From the IMG/VR virus record IMGVR_UViG_3300009431_000004: DNA of 64,000 nucleotides; one strand, 5' to 3'. The notes beneath the pieces were generated by a model. That model was not told the origin of the DNA and ran no database searches. It worked only from the letters and a program-made list of their open reading frames with translations. Source of the DNA: a virus. The position numbers were made by a program, and so were the translations under genes. This document shows, piece by piece, positions 8,532 to 17,759 of this stretch (position 1 is its first letter; each line of letters starts with the position of its first letter).

Positions 8532-10187
8532 CTAGTTCTCCGCAGGTCGCAATGGGATTGTCACAGTGAAGGTCGCCCCTTTTCCGGGTTCCCCCTTAGC
8601 AGAAATATAACCTCCGTAGTGGGAAATAATCCTGCGGCACAGCGCCAGCCCGATTCCGGTCCCCGGATAGGCAAACCGAGTATGCAACCTCGTGAAAACA
8701 CTGAATATTTTGTCCGCGAACTTCTGGTCGAACCCGATGCCGTTGTCTGCCACGGTCACGAATGCAAGGTCCTCCTCGACAGTGCCGTCGATGCGGACGA
8801 CGGGAAGGACATCGGGTTTCCTGAATTTGATGGCGTTCGAGAGAAGATTCTGGAACAGGATGCGGAACTGCGCCGAATGACCCCGGACCGTTGGGAGGTC
8901 CCCAACGATGACCTCGGCCTTGGCCTCGTCGAGGACCAGCTCCAAGTCGGTCAGCACTTCGGCCACGACGACGTTGAGGTCCACGTCCATGAAGGGGACC
9001 TGTTCCCCGCCGCCCGCCTTGGAGTAGCTCAGGAGGTCGTCGATGAGCTTGGTCATCCGCGTGGACGCGCTCTGCATAACTTCGAGGCACTCTTGCACTT
9101 TGGGTTCGGCCTCCTCGCGCAGCAGTCCTGCTAGTCTGTTGCCGAAATTGGTGATTTTGTTCAGAGGCTCCCGCAAATCATGGGAGGCCGCGTAGGCAAA
9201 GGACTGAAGTGCCTCGTTCGATACTTCGAGCTGGTGGGTTCGATTCAGGACCATGCCTTCGAGACGGGACATGACTTCCTTGGCCCGCGTGATGTCCCGG
9301 ATGACCACCAGAACCTCATCCGGGCCGGACGGGCTGAACCGGGCCTCGAAGGTGTACCCCGGCACCTTCGGGAGACGGTACTCCCATTCTTGGATGATCC
9401 CCGTGTCCAGAGCCTTCCCGATGCACTTCATCGCGTTGGCTGCGAACTCCGGCGGGAAGACCTCTTGGACGTTCTTCCCGAGGTACTGGGATGGCCGCAT
9501 GGCCACCGGCACAGCGCCGGGGTGACTGTCGATGAACACCCCCTCGCGGCAGATGAGATGCAGCATGTCCGGGGTCGCCTCCAAGAAGGCTCGGTAGCGA
9601 CCTTCAAGGGTCTGGGTCTGTTTCTCGTGCGTGTCGTGGAGAAAGTCCTCCATACGGTGTCGCTGGATGGAGGCCCCAAAGAGTCCGCTCAGGAGGTGGA
9701 CAATCCACAGGTCCGCATCGGAGTAATCTTTCGGCTTGTTAGCCACTGCGAGTTGGCCCACCAGCTCGTCCCCGATGAGTGCAGGTGCGCCAAGGAAGTT
9801 GGTGAGTTGGATGTGGCCCTCTGGGGCACCCTTCGAGGCCGGGTGGGAAGCCGGGTCATTCGTGAAGAAGGCCAGCTTGGTTGTCATGGCATGGCCCCAC
9901 AACTTCGGGTAGGTGCCGTCGGGAAGAGGCGGGAACACGATGCGCTCCTCCTCGGGCTGAAGTTGGCACTCCTTTCCCATCATGTCCGTCAAGGAGTAGC
10001 AGACGAGTTCCTTCGTCACGGGGTCCACGGCACCAGCGAAGGCATGGAGGCTCCCGGTCAACTGCCGGGCGCAGTCGGTGGCAGTCCTCGACAGGGATTC
10101 GAGGGAGACGTTGTTCTTGATGAGTTCCTTGGCCACCTCTGCGACGGCAGAGAGGACCTCGACCGGGTTGTCTAGCCTGTGGAGCAT
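8532..10187 (-). CDS. soluble GAF-PAS sensor histidine kinase
   Basis: H-box ASHDLREPL, N-box QNLLSNAIKF, DNGIGF, GTGIGL; GAF (LWGH...PEGH...GQLAVAN) and PAS domains. Confidence 0.95.
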   Translation of the reverse strand: MLHRLDNPVEVLSAVAEVAKELIKNNVSLESLSRTATDCARQLTGSLHAFAGAVDPVTKELVCYSLTDMMGKECQLQPEEERIVFPPLPDGTYPKLWGHAMTTKLAFFTNDPASHPASKGAPEGHIQLTNFLGAPALIGDELVGQLAVANKPKDYSDADLWIVHLLSGLFGASIQRHRMEDFLHDTHEKQTQTLEGRYRAFLEATPDMLHLICREGVFIDSHPGAVPVAMRPSQYLGKNVQEVFPPEFAANAMKCIGKALDTGIIQEWEYRLPKVPGYTFEARFSPSGPDEVLVVIRDITRAKEVMSRLEGMVLNRTHQLEVSNEALQSFAYAASHDLREPLNKITNFGNRLAGLLREEAEPKVQECLEVMQSASTRMTKLIDDLLSYSKAGGGEQVPFMDVDLNVVVAEVLTDLELVLDEAKAEVIVGDLPTVRGHSAQFRILFQNLLSNAIKFRKPDVLPVVRIDGTVEEDLAFVTVADNGIGFDQKFADKIFSVFTRLHTRFAYPGTGIGLALCRRIISHYGGYISAKGEPGKGATFTVTIPLRPAEN

Positions 10188-10969
10188 GACGGTTCTATTC
10201 CCCCACCCCCCAGCCTCAGCAGGGTCGTGGCCTTCAGGGCTTCAACCGTTGCCGGGTCGAGGGAGTTGATGAGGATGACCGCAAGGACCGCAATCGTTAC
10301 CAGACAGAGGAAGATGACAATGGCCACAATCGGATTCGATTTTATCCAGTCGAGCAACCACCTGAATCGAGAAATGTCACGGACTTCGGAGAGGACGGCA
10401 TCCCGCATCGACCTGATGTCTGCCCGTATCGCCGCGCTCTGCTCGGTGCTGGCCGCCCGCGATGCCTTCAGCTCCTCGGTCGCGTGTGTCTGGGCGATGA
10501 CCGACTCTCTCGTGAGGCTCACCAGAGTCTCGATGTTCACGCCGACGCCCGGCCCGCTGCCGTTACGGGTCTGCTTCTCGTACAGCCCGATGGCGTAGAT
10601 GCAGGTGCGTTCCAGAATCTCGGTGTTGAAGGTGCCTTTTTCGAGGTACTCGGCAGCCCCAGCTTCGATGGCGCGGGCTTGCAGGCTACGGTCCCCGTGG
10701 CTCGTGATGATGACCACTGGAATCTTGAAATACAGCTCCTCGTAGATGCGTTTCAGGAAGGACAGGCCGTCGAGGTCAGGGAGCTTGTAGTCCAGCAGGA
10801 CTACATCGAACTTGGACTCTTCCAGCTTCGTCAGACCGGCGTCCGCTGTCTCCGCCTTCTCGACCGCGAACTTCGCCCGTTTGCCTTCCCCGAGCAGGTC
10901 GGAGACGAGCTTGGCATCCTCCCGGTCATCGTCGATGATGAGGACACGGACGCTGGTTGCAGGAGGCAT
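10172..10969 (-). CDS. response regulator receiver fused to coiled coil and C-terminal TM helix
   Basis: IIDDD, LLDYKLPDLDG, YLEK; hydrophobic tail IVAIVIFLCLVTIAVLAVILI. Confidence 0.88.
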   Translation of the reverse strand: MPPATSVRVLIIDDDREDAKLVSDLLGEGKRAKFAVEKAETADAGLTKLEESKFDVVLLDYKLPDLDGLSFLKRIYEELYFKIPVVIITSHGDRSLQARAIEAGAAEYLEKGTFNTEILERTCIYAIGLYEKQTRNGSGPGVGVNIETLVSLTRESVIAQTHATEELKASRAASTEQSAAIRADIRSMRDAVLSEVRDISRFRWLLDWIKSNPIVAIVIFLCLVTIAVLAVILINSLDPATVEALKATTLLRLGGGGIEPSCSTG

Positions 10970-10978
10970 TGGACCTCC

Positions 10979-12025
10979 TTAGTGGCAGAGCGAGAGCTGC
11001 TTCTCGATGTACGTGAACAGGGTGTTGAGTTCCTTCAGGAGCGCCTTGCCCTCGGGGTCCGGCAGGAAGCGGGGCTTCCCCTGCACCCGGCGGAGCGGCC
11101 TGCTCATGAGCTTCATGAGCTTCTGACCCATGGTGCTGTCCTCGCTGGTCAAGGCGCGGATGAGCCGGACGCCACGGTCGAGGGCGGCCTCGATGGTATC
11201 GGACTTGCCCTCACGGGTGATTTCCATGCGGGCCTTGGCGACTTCTTCTTGGAGTTGGCGCAGGCTCGGGGAGCAGTAGGCCGTGGACTGACTTCCCCAG
11301 CCGAAGCCCACCTGCCGGGCGAGGCCCACCGGGTACTCGCCCATCTTGAGCTTCTTGCCGTCGGGAGTCTTGTGGTTCGGCCCGAAGGCGTCCACGTAGC
11401 CACGGGAGATGCGCTTGGCGTAGTGCTGGGCCAGCTCCCTCTTGGCCCCGTTCAGGGTCGGGAACCAGAACCTCGGGTCCGAGTCGAACTTGGCCCCGTC
11501 GATGCGCCCGGTCTTGCCCGAATCGGTCAGAGCGCCCCAGCGCCGGACGACCCGGTGGCCGCCATCGTCGTCCTTGATGACGCCTTCGTAGAACTTGGAG
11601 TGCTTGGCGTCCGGGTCCACGTTGTAGACCATGAAGCCTTCGCCCGCCCGGACACGGCTCTTGTTCAGGCCGTCCTTCTCCATGATGGGCTTGTGGGCCA
11701 TCTTCTGAAGGAGGGCCTGCTTCTCGAAGCAGGTGAGGGAAGCCCACCGATGCCTCGACATCTTGTCCCCGTAGAAGTGGCACGCGACACGGACCGCCTC
11801 GGCGGCTTCCCGCCTCATCTCGGCAGCCTGCCGCATGAGGGGGACGAGGTGCTTCCGCGTCTCAGGATGCTGGGCCGCGCACTTCTCCATCTCCGCGAGA
11901 AGCCCCTCGTCGCGCATGTCCGACATCTCGTCGAACTGCCGTTGGTCGAAGTGTTCTCCGAGTTCGTCTGTTTCCAAGAGAACTTCCGGGGGCTTGCGTT
12001 CTCCGAGGTCGCACGTCGGGTCCAT
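10979..12025 (-). CDS. WGR-domain protein
   Basis: NVDPDAKHSKFYE...VVRRWGA...KRISRGY; start moved to MDPTCD. Confidence 0.7.
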   Translation of the reverse strand: MDPTCDLGERKPPEVLLETDELGEHFDQRQFDEMSDMRDEGLLAEMEKCAAQHPETRKHLVPLMRQAAEMRREAAEAVRVACHFYGDKMSRHRWASLTCFEKQALLQKMAHKPIMEKDGLNKSRVRAGEGFMVYNVDPDAKHSKFYEGVIKDDDGGHRVVRRWGALTDSGKTGRIDGAKFDSDPRFWFPTLNGAKRELAQHYAKRISRGYVDAFGPNHKTPDGKKLKMGEYPVGLARQVGFGWGSQSTAYCSPSLRQLQEEVAKARMEITREGKSDTIEAALDRGVRLIRALTSEDSTMGQKLMKLMSRPLRRVQGKPRFLPDPEGKALLKELNTLFTYIEKQLSLCH

Positions 12026-12088
12026 GATGTCTACTCCCTGCAAGGCCAAAAGGCATGAAGCCACGCTCTCATCTATAGGGAGTATTTA

Positions 12089-12643
12089 CTAGCTACCGAG
12101 AAACTCCTCGTCGGAGAGCAACCCATCGAGAAGGTCGTCGATGGCGTCGGGGGCTTCGGGGTTGTCCGCAGTGGTCATTTCGGCAGGGGTCATGTCGGTG
12201 AGGTCGTCGAGGTCGTCGTCGGCACCCGTCTTGTCCTTCGCGGGGGGTGCCCCAAGCGTGGGGGTAACGCCCGGAAGCTCGGGTTCGCCGCAGACTTGGA
12301 GGAACCCGGCTGCCAGTCCGAGGAGCTGTGCCTTGGCCTCGACGAGGGCTTCTCTCAGGCCATCGAGGCCCTTCCCCTTGTGCTGCCACAGAACCGTTGT
12401 AGAGCCATCGACGACCTCCCGTACCCCGCGAATCTCCACGTTGATGTCCCCGGCGTTCTTGCGTTGGGAGCCAATCCCGGCTTTCCTGCGATGCAGCTTC
12501 GTGTAGACCTCGATTTCCAACTGGATGAGTCCGATGTCGATGTGGTCCACGTAGCCCGTGTCCCAATGCTTCCGGTGGGAGGTTGTCCCCGGCAGAATCT
12601 CGGTGAGGAGGGCATCAAACTCTGCTGGTGTCGGGGTGTCCAC
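12089..12643 (-). CDS. hypothetical protein with acidic tail
   Basis: AGGAG RBS; Asp-rich C-terminus. Confidence 0.7.
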   Translation of the reverse strand: MDTPTPAEFDALLTEILPGTTSHRKHWDTGYVDHIDIGLIQLEIEVYTKLHRRKAGIGSQRKNAGDINVEIRGVREVVDGSTTVLWQHKGKGLDGLREALVEAKAQLLGLAAGFLQVCGEPELPGVTPTLGAPPAKDKTGADDDLDDLTDMTPAEMTTADNPEAPDAIDDLLDGLLSDEEFLGS

Positions 12644-12682
12644 GCTCCTACTACTCTATTTCGGGCGAAGGTGGGGCGGGGG

Positions 12683-13441
12683 CTACGAGGCGGCGTCCAG
12701 TACGCCGATGATGCTGTCGTTCACGATGAAGCCCTGCTGGCAGGCTTCGACGGCGGCGGTTCCACCGGCACGGAGGATGAAGTCGGTGCCGGGTTCCAGC
12801 CGGTAGCTGACGTAGCGGCTCGTGGGCAGGTTGCGGGTCAGCGCCTTCTTGGCCAGCGTCTTGGGCTTGCTGTTGGCCTTGGGAGCCGGGCCGTTCGGCG
12901 CGGGTTCCAGCACCTTCGAGAAGATGCGGAGTCCCTGCACGTAGATGGTGCCGGGCTTGGGGGCGCGGGCTTCGTCGCTGCAATCCCGGCAGCGGCAGTT
13001 GGCCTTGCCGGAGCAGCGGTACACGCGACCGCCTCGGACCGTCTCACCGTTCACGACCAGCGGCTCGAACACACCCGCCGTGGTGGACTTGGACTCGGTG
13101 TCCGGGTTCAAGGTGTCCTCGAAGCTGGCGACCTGCTCGGCCAGTGCGGTCCGCACGTCCGCTTCGGTGAACTCGCCGTTGCCGTCCGCGACCAGCTTCG
13201 CCACGTCCGCATCCGTCAGCGCCTTGAGGGCTGCCAGCGAACGCTCGACCAGCTTCTCGTAGCGGAAGCCGGTGAAGATGACGGTGTGAATCCGGTCGTT
13301 GCCGTAAACGACCTTGTTGCCCTTGGGGCCGCGCTCCACACCGCGCTTCGTGGTGATGAGTCCGGTGAAGGTTCCCACGCGGGCATCCTTCAGGAGCATG
13401 GCCAGCATGTCCGAGCTGGCATTGGTCTTGACGTTTCCCAT
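12683..13441 (-). CDS. hypothetical protein (paralogue of 16213..17028)
   Basis: Shared blocks GVxRGP, LVERS, EPLVV, GTIY, PAPNG. Confidence 0.8.
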   Translation of the reverse strand: MGNVKTNASSDMLAMLLKDARVGTFTGLITTKRGVERGPKGNKVVYGNDRIHTVIFTGFRYEKLVERSLAALKALTDADVAKLVADGNGEFTEADVRTALAEQVASFEDTLNPDTESKSTTAGVFEPLVVNGETVRGGRVYRCSGKANCRCRDCSDEARAPKPGTIYVQGLRIFSKVLEPAPNGPAPKANSKPKTLAKKALTRNLPTSRYVSYRLEPGTDFILRAGGTAAVEACQQGFIVNDSIIGVLDAAS

Positions 13442-13485
13442 CTTCGTTCTCCTTTTCAAATGCGGGTCTGTCCCGCTCATGTACC

Positions 13486-13513
13486 CAACTCGCATCTTTC
13501 GGTTCTAAGCCCC
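13486..13513 (-). promoter_or_regulatory. class-I promoter-like motif
   Basis: GGGGCTTAG-N13-GAGTTG. Confidence 0.8.
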
Positions 13514-13554
13514 CTCCGTGCGAAAATATTTTCCGCCCTTTTATTAAGGTAAAG

Positions 13555-13582
13555 GGGGCTTAGGACCGCGACGAGCGAGTAG
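13555..13582 (+). promoter_or_regulatory. class-I promoter-like motif
   Basis: GGGGCTTAG-N13-GAGTAG, divergent pair with AT-rich spacer. Confidence 0.8.
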
Positions 13583-13630
13583 TCAATGTGTGGACGGGGC
13601 AGACGGCCCCATTGACAGGAGGATGAGACG

Positions 13631-14425
13631 ATGGCCAAGGTAACGAAGATGACGCGCCCGGTGGCCAAACGCATCGCGGCGGACGTGGCGGCAGCCCTCA
13701 AGCCCGTGGCCGAGAAGTACGGCATGTCCTTGTCGGAAGGCGGGTGGAGCTACTATGACACGGACATCACTTTCAAGCCGAAGTTCGCGGTCGTGACCGA
13801 CTCCGGCGTCCCGGCGGACTTCGAGAGGCTGGCCCCCAAGTACGGGCTGGAACCGAGCGACTTCGGCAAGACCTTCACCAGCCTCGGTCGCCAGTTCCGC
13901 ATCACGGGCATCAAGCCCACGAGGCGGCAGTACCCCATCAGCGGGGAGAGGGTGCCGGACGGCAAGAGCTACAAGTTCACGGCACAGCAGGTCGTGACCG
14001 GCCTCGGCAAGACCAGCAAGGCCAAGTTCTCCAAGGGCGACCGCGTGACCTTCAAGGACTTGTTCGCTGGCAAGACCGGCGCGAAGTCCCACGGGACCAT
14101 CGAGAATGCACTGCCGGTCGGAACGGACCAGCGCGTGGAGGTCTTCACCGGGGGCCAAGTCCTGACCCTCAAGCAGGACGAGCTGACCCTCTTCAAGGGT
14201 AAGAGGACCGAAGACGACATCATGGCGGACATCTGCTGCGCCTACGGCGGCCTGTCCCCCGAGAACCTCACCTGCGATGGCGAACTGCCCCGGTCGCGGG
14301 TCCGCGCCAAGGCCAGCCGCCTGAACCGCTGGCTCAACGAACTGCAAAGGGAGTTGGGCCGCTCCGTGAGCGAGGAAGAGTCCTTCGACTGGTGGGACAA
14401 GCAGCGCAAGGCCAAGGCCAGCTAG
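13631..14425 (+). CDS. multi-module phage hypothetical protein
   Basis: AGGAGG RBS; C-terminal LSPENLTCDGEL module. Confidence 0.8.
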   Translation: MAKVTKMTRPVAKRIAADVAAALKPVAEKYGMSLSEGGWSYYDTDITFKPKFAVVTDSGVPADFERLAPKYGLEPSDFGKTFTSLGRQFRITGIKPTRRQYPISGERVPDGKSYKFTAQQVVTGLGKTSKAKFSKGDRVTFKDLFAGKTGAKSHGTIENALPVGTDQRVEVFTGGQVLTLKQDELTLFKGKRTEDDIMADICCAYGGLSPENLTCDGELPRSRVRAKASRLNRWLNELQRELGRSVSEEESFDWWDKQRKAKAS

Positions 14426-15066
14426 TGGTGGGCAACTCGACCATCGCAAGCGGCGCTCTCTGGATGACCATCGGTTGCGGGGTGGGCCTCTCGCTCACCA
14501 TCATCGAACAGGTCGTGGCCCGGATTCGCGGCCCGGAGTGGGTGACGTGGCTGCATGAGGACGCGGTGGACGGCCAGTTCGCCACCGTCAAGGACTACCT
14601 CGCTGTCGCAGCCTTCTGGCCTCTGTTCCTCGGCATGGCCGTCTTCGCAGCCTTTCACAGGCAGACCCTATTCGAGAGGATGGCACACAAAGACCCGGCG
14701 CGGCAGGACGGCCTCCGGCGTCTCGGGGACATCGCTCAAGGGAGGCTCCCGTACAAACGAGAGTGGCGGGACATCCCCTCGGAGGACGGTCAGATTTACC
14801 TGTACGTGGCCTATTACCGCAACGGAGAGGACCCGATTCGTGTGACCCACACCATCACCCGGCCTCCGGGCGGGATGTTCATGTGCTGGCGCTATATCGG
14901 GTCCGACGAGAGGTCCATCCCGCTGTCGGCGGTGGATTCCCTTGGAGACGCGAAGACGGCATGTGAAGGGGACGAGCAGTGGCTCCCACTATGTGACCCC
15001 GGACGTGAGGGTCAGCAGGACGCCTTCTTCAAGGCCCAACAGGCCAAGCTCGACGAGGGTGACTAA
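14425..15066 (+). CDS. membrane-associated hypothetical protein
   Basis: Two N-terminal TM segments; start uncertain. Confidence 0.6.
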   Translation: MVGNSTIASGALWMTIGCGVGLSLTIIEQVVARIRGPEWVTWLHEDAVDGQFATVKDYLAVAAFWPLFLGMAVFAAFHRQTLFERMAHKDPARQDGLRRLGDIAQGRLPYKREWRDIPSEDGQIYLYVAYYRNGEDPIRVTHTITRPPGGMFMCWRYIGSDERSIPLSAVDSLGDAKTACEGDEQWLPLCDPGREGQQDAFFKAQQAKLDEGD

Positions 15067-15428
15067 ACTTCGTCGCGTCGCCAGACGCACTCGAACGGAG
15101 CGCCGTACCCGCACGCCGCCTCGACCAGAGATTCTGTGACCCGCATGACGGACTTCCTCGGCAAGGAATCCGGGGGGAGCTGGGCAATCATCAAAGCCGT
15201 GTCGAGGGGAGGGCCGGGGTCGTAGTCCATCTGGATGATGACCTCGGGTTTCGTCCAGTCCAGCATCCGGGCGTAGACGGCGTTCCTGAACTTGATGGCG
15301 GCGGAGAGCGGGGTGTCCTCCGGCAGCCGGTCCATCCACCAGTTGGCGGCGAAGATGCAGGCTGTGATATTCAACGTATCTCCGACATCATGGCATCCCT
15401 CTCCCGCTTTACCCGCTCCAAGTCCCAC
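15063..15428 (-). CDS. hypothetical protein
   Basis: ORF track; start uncertain. Confidence 0.55.
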   Translation of the reverse strand: MGLGAGKAGEGCHDVGDTLNITACIFAANWWMDRLPEDTPLSAAIKFRNAVYARMLDWTKPEVIIQMDYDPGPPLDTALMIAQLPPDSLPRKSVMRVTESLVEAACGYGAPFECVWRRDEV

Positions 15429-15712
15429 ACGCCGGTAGGCTTGGGCTTCAGGCGCAGGCCGAGGGTGAAGTGCCGAACGCTGTCGTTCCGAAAGTCGAGG
15501 GCGTTGGAAATCAATGCTATCCTGCGACCGCGCTGTTCGCCTTCCGGCTCCTTCATCAGCATGTCCAAGGTGTTCAGGAATCCCAGCACGTTCTTCGTGA
15601 GGCCGTGCAGGTCTTTCTTCAACTGACGGGCTTCTCGGGATGCCTTGATGGCGTCCTCGCGGGCCTCCTTGAGTTCACGCCGGAGGGTGTCCATCTCGGA
15701 TTCTGTTCCCAT
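15371..15712 (-). CDS. coiled-coil hypothetical protein
   Basis: Heptad-like N-terminus. Confidence 0.65.
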   Translation of the reverse strand: MGTESEMDTLRRELKEAREDAIKASREARQLKKDLHGLTKNVLGFLNTLDMLMKEPEGEQRGRRIALISNALDFRNDSVRHFTLGLRLKPKPTGVWDLERVKRERDAMMSEIR

Positions 15713-15715
15713 CTT

Positions 15716-16009
15716 TCAATCCCCTATGCGAATGTAGGGTGGTCGGTCATCTACAAAAACCTCGACATGGTATTCTGTAGCCCCGACGTGGACAATCTTG
15801 GTCAATGAAACCATCTTCCCGGTCTTGTTGTTATACATGGGGAAGTCTACCAAACAGGGCAGCCCCTTCTTGCGCCGGTCTTCGTAACTGCGGTCCCGCC
15901 TCTTCAGGGCGGCGAGTACCTTCTTGCGAATCTTGGGGTCAGTGACTTCCATCATCCTCCGGGCTGCCCACCTGTCATTGGGGCAGCTCCTCTTTCCAGC
16001 GATGCCCAC
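15716..16009 (-). CDS. hypothetical protein
   Basis: ORF track; likely start MMEVTD. Confidence 0.5.
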   Translation of the reverse strand: MGIAGKRSCPNDRWAARRMMEVTDPKIRKKVLAALKRRDRSYEDRRKKGLPCLVDFPMYNNKTGKMVSLTKIVHVGATEYHVEVFVDDRPPYIRIGD

Positions 16010-16212
16010 AGTGAGGGCATTCGTAGGTCACGATGTCACCGCCGGGATAGCCGGGTTCCTGCTCCCCGACTTCCTTTGCATCCGGGTGGCAAGCCCGCCC
16101 ACCCTTCTCGGGGTCCAAGGGTCGTCAGCGGTGCAGGTGTGGCGACCGGGGTACACCCGTTTCAGGACGCCGTGGGACTCCATGAGGTCCAGAACGTCTT
16201 GGGGATGGCCGC

Positions 16213-17028
16213 TCACGGCGCAATCTTGAACAGGGACCGGATGGCCTCGGGGTCCACGGGGACACCCTCTGCCTTGGCATGGTCGCTGGCGTCGGACCCG
16301 ACCTTGATGGACAGGAGTCCCTCCTTCTCCAACGAGTACCGGGCGTAGAGGCCGACAGGCAGCCACGACCGCAGGATGTTCTTGACGACCGTCTTGGGCT
16401 TGTGCTTGGCCTTCCAGTCACCGTTCGGCGCGGGTTGCAGAACCTTCTCGCCCAGCTTCACGCCGTCGATGTAGATGGTCCCGGTGAGAGGTGCGCGGGG
16501 GTCCATCAGGTTCCCTGCGCCCACGTAGACCTTGGCCCCGTTGACCGTGGTCCCGTCCACCACGAGAGGCTCCCATACGGGGGCCTTCTCCCGGTCCGCC
16601 TCGGTCTGGTCCCGGTCGGCAGAGGGGTCGCCGTCATCGACGAGCTGGTCGGCCCGGATGACCTTCATGAAGTTGTCGTCGAGTTCCTGCACGGCCACGG
16701 CGATGTCCGTCATGCTGACCCCGGTATGACCGGCAGCCACACAGGCGTCGTGGAGCCTCTTGAACAGGTCGCCCTTGCCCCACATCTGGTGGAGCTTCTT
16801 GAAGCTCCGCTCGACGAGTGCCTGATAGTAGAACCCCGTCCAGAGGAGGACGTGAACGAAGTCGTCACCGTAGATGGTCTTGTTGTCCGCCGGGCCACGG
16901 GCGACCCCCTTCTTGCGGACGACGATGGAGGCGACGGTTCCTTCACCGATGTCATCCCCCATGCCGTCCATGATGGCGGCTGCGAGGTGCTTGTCGGTTG
17001 CGTTTACAGTCGGTGCTGAGGCTCCCAT
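16213..17028 (-). CDS. hypothetical protein (paralogue of 12683..13441)
   Basis: AAGGAG RBS; shared sequence blocks. Confidence 0.8.
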   Translation of the reverse strand: MGASAPTVNATDKHLAAAIMDGMGDDIGEGTVASIVVRKKGVARGPADNKTIYGDDFVHVLLWTGFYYQALVERSFKKLHQMWGKGDLFKRLHDACVAAGHTGVSMTDIAVAVQELDDNFMKVIRADQLVDDGDPSADRDQTEADREKAPVWEPLVVDGTTVNGAKVYVGAGNLMDPRAPLTGTIYIDGVKLGEKVLQPAPNGDWKAKHKPKTVVKNILRSWLPVGLYARYSLEKEGLLSIKVGSDASDHAKAEGVPVDPEAIRSLFKIAP

Positions 17029-17141
17029 GGGCTTCTCCTTTCAATCTCTATTTCTACTACCCGAACTCGACCGGGTATCGACCTAGTGGATTTGGTCTGC
17101 TACCATTGTCCGCGTGAATTACTCCTTGGACATACTTCGAG

Positions 17142-17190
17142 CCTTCAAGCCAATCGTGCGGGTGACGCCCGCATCTCGTCAGCTTGGAGG
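17142..17190 (+). promoter_or_regulatory. leader hairpin sequestering the Shine-Dalgarno sequence
   Basis: CCTTCAAGC pairs with GCTTGGAGG (9 bp, one G-U); inner stem TGCGGG/CCCGCA. Confidence 0.55.
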
Positions 17191-17195
17191 TCGGC

Positions 17196-17531
17196 ATGGA
17201 CCGAGGAGAACGTCGCGCACGCACACTGCGTATCTGCGCCCGTCGTCGTAAGCTCTGGCTCTGGTCAACGGGCGGTAATCACATCCGCCCGGCTACTCTC
17301 GAACCTTTCTACTTCACCAAGGCAAAGCCGCTGGACTGCGACTGCCGCCGGAGCCGGAGGGGGAATCCCAAGGTCGGCAAGGGACTCTGCAACAACGCCT
17401 ACGACCGCATCCGGGTCGTTCACTGGCGGCAGGCTCGCCGGACGCTCCGGCAGTTGGTCCGGGACGGTCGCTCCGACTGGGATTCTGATGAAGTGGCGCT
17501 GGTGACGGAGCCACGGGTCGAAATCGAGTAG
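17196..17531 (+). CDS. Arg-rich Cys-containing small protein
   Basis: MDRGERRART...DCDC...GLC; GGAGG RBS. Confidence 0.7.
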   Translation: MDRGERRARTLRICARRRKLWLWSTGGNHIRPATLEPFYFTKAKPLDCDCRRSRRGNPKVGKGLCNNAYDRIRVVHWRQARRTLRQLVRDGRSDWDSDEVALVTEPRVEIE

Positions 17532-17759
17532 CTACTTGAGGTAGACGGACACCCCGTACCAGCCCTTCTCGCCGTAGCCGATGTCGATGTCCTTGATGGC
17601 GGACATGAAGGATTTGAGACGGGCAGACAGGAGCTTGTGGGCCTCCTTCGTGGTGGTGTCCGCAGTTTCGTCACGCTGCCACTCAGCGAGAGACTCCAAA
17701 CGCTCCTGTCGGAAGCCCCCGTCGATTCGCAGGTTGTCGTCGGTGATGTCCTTGGGCAT
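17532..17759 (-). CDS. hypothetical protein
   Basis: TGATG coupling to the upstream gene. Confidence 0.65.
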   Translation of the reverse strand: MPKDITDDNLRIDGGFRQERLESLAEWQRDETADTTTKEAHKLLSARLKSFMSAIKDIDIGYGEKGWYGVSVYLK

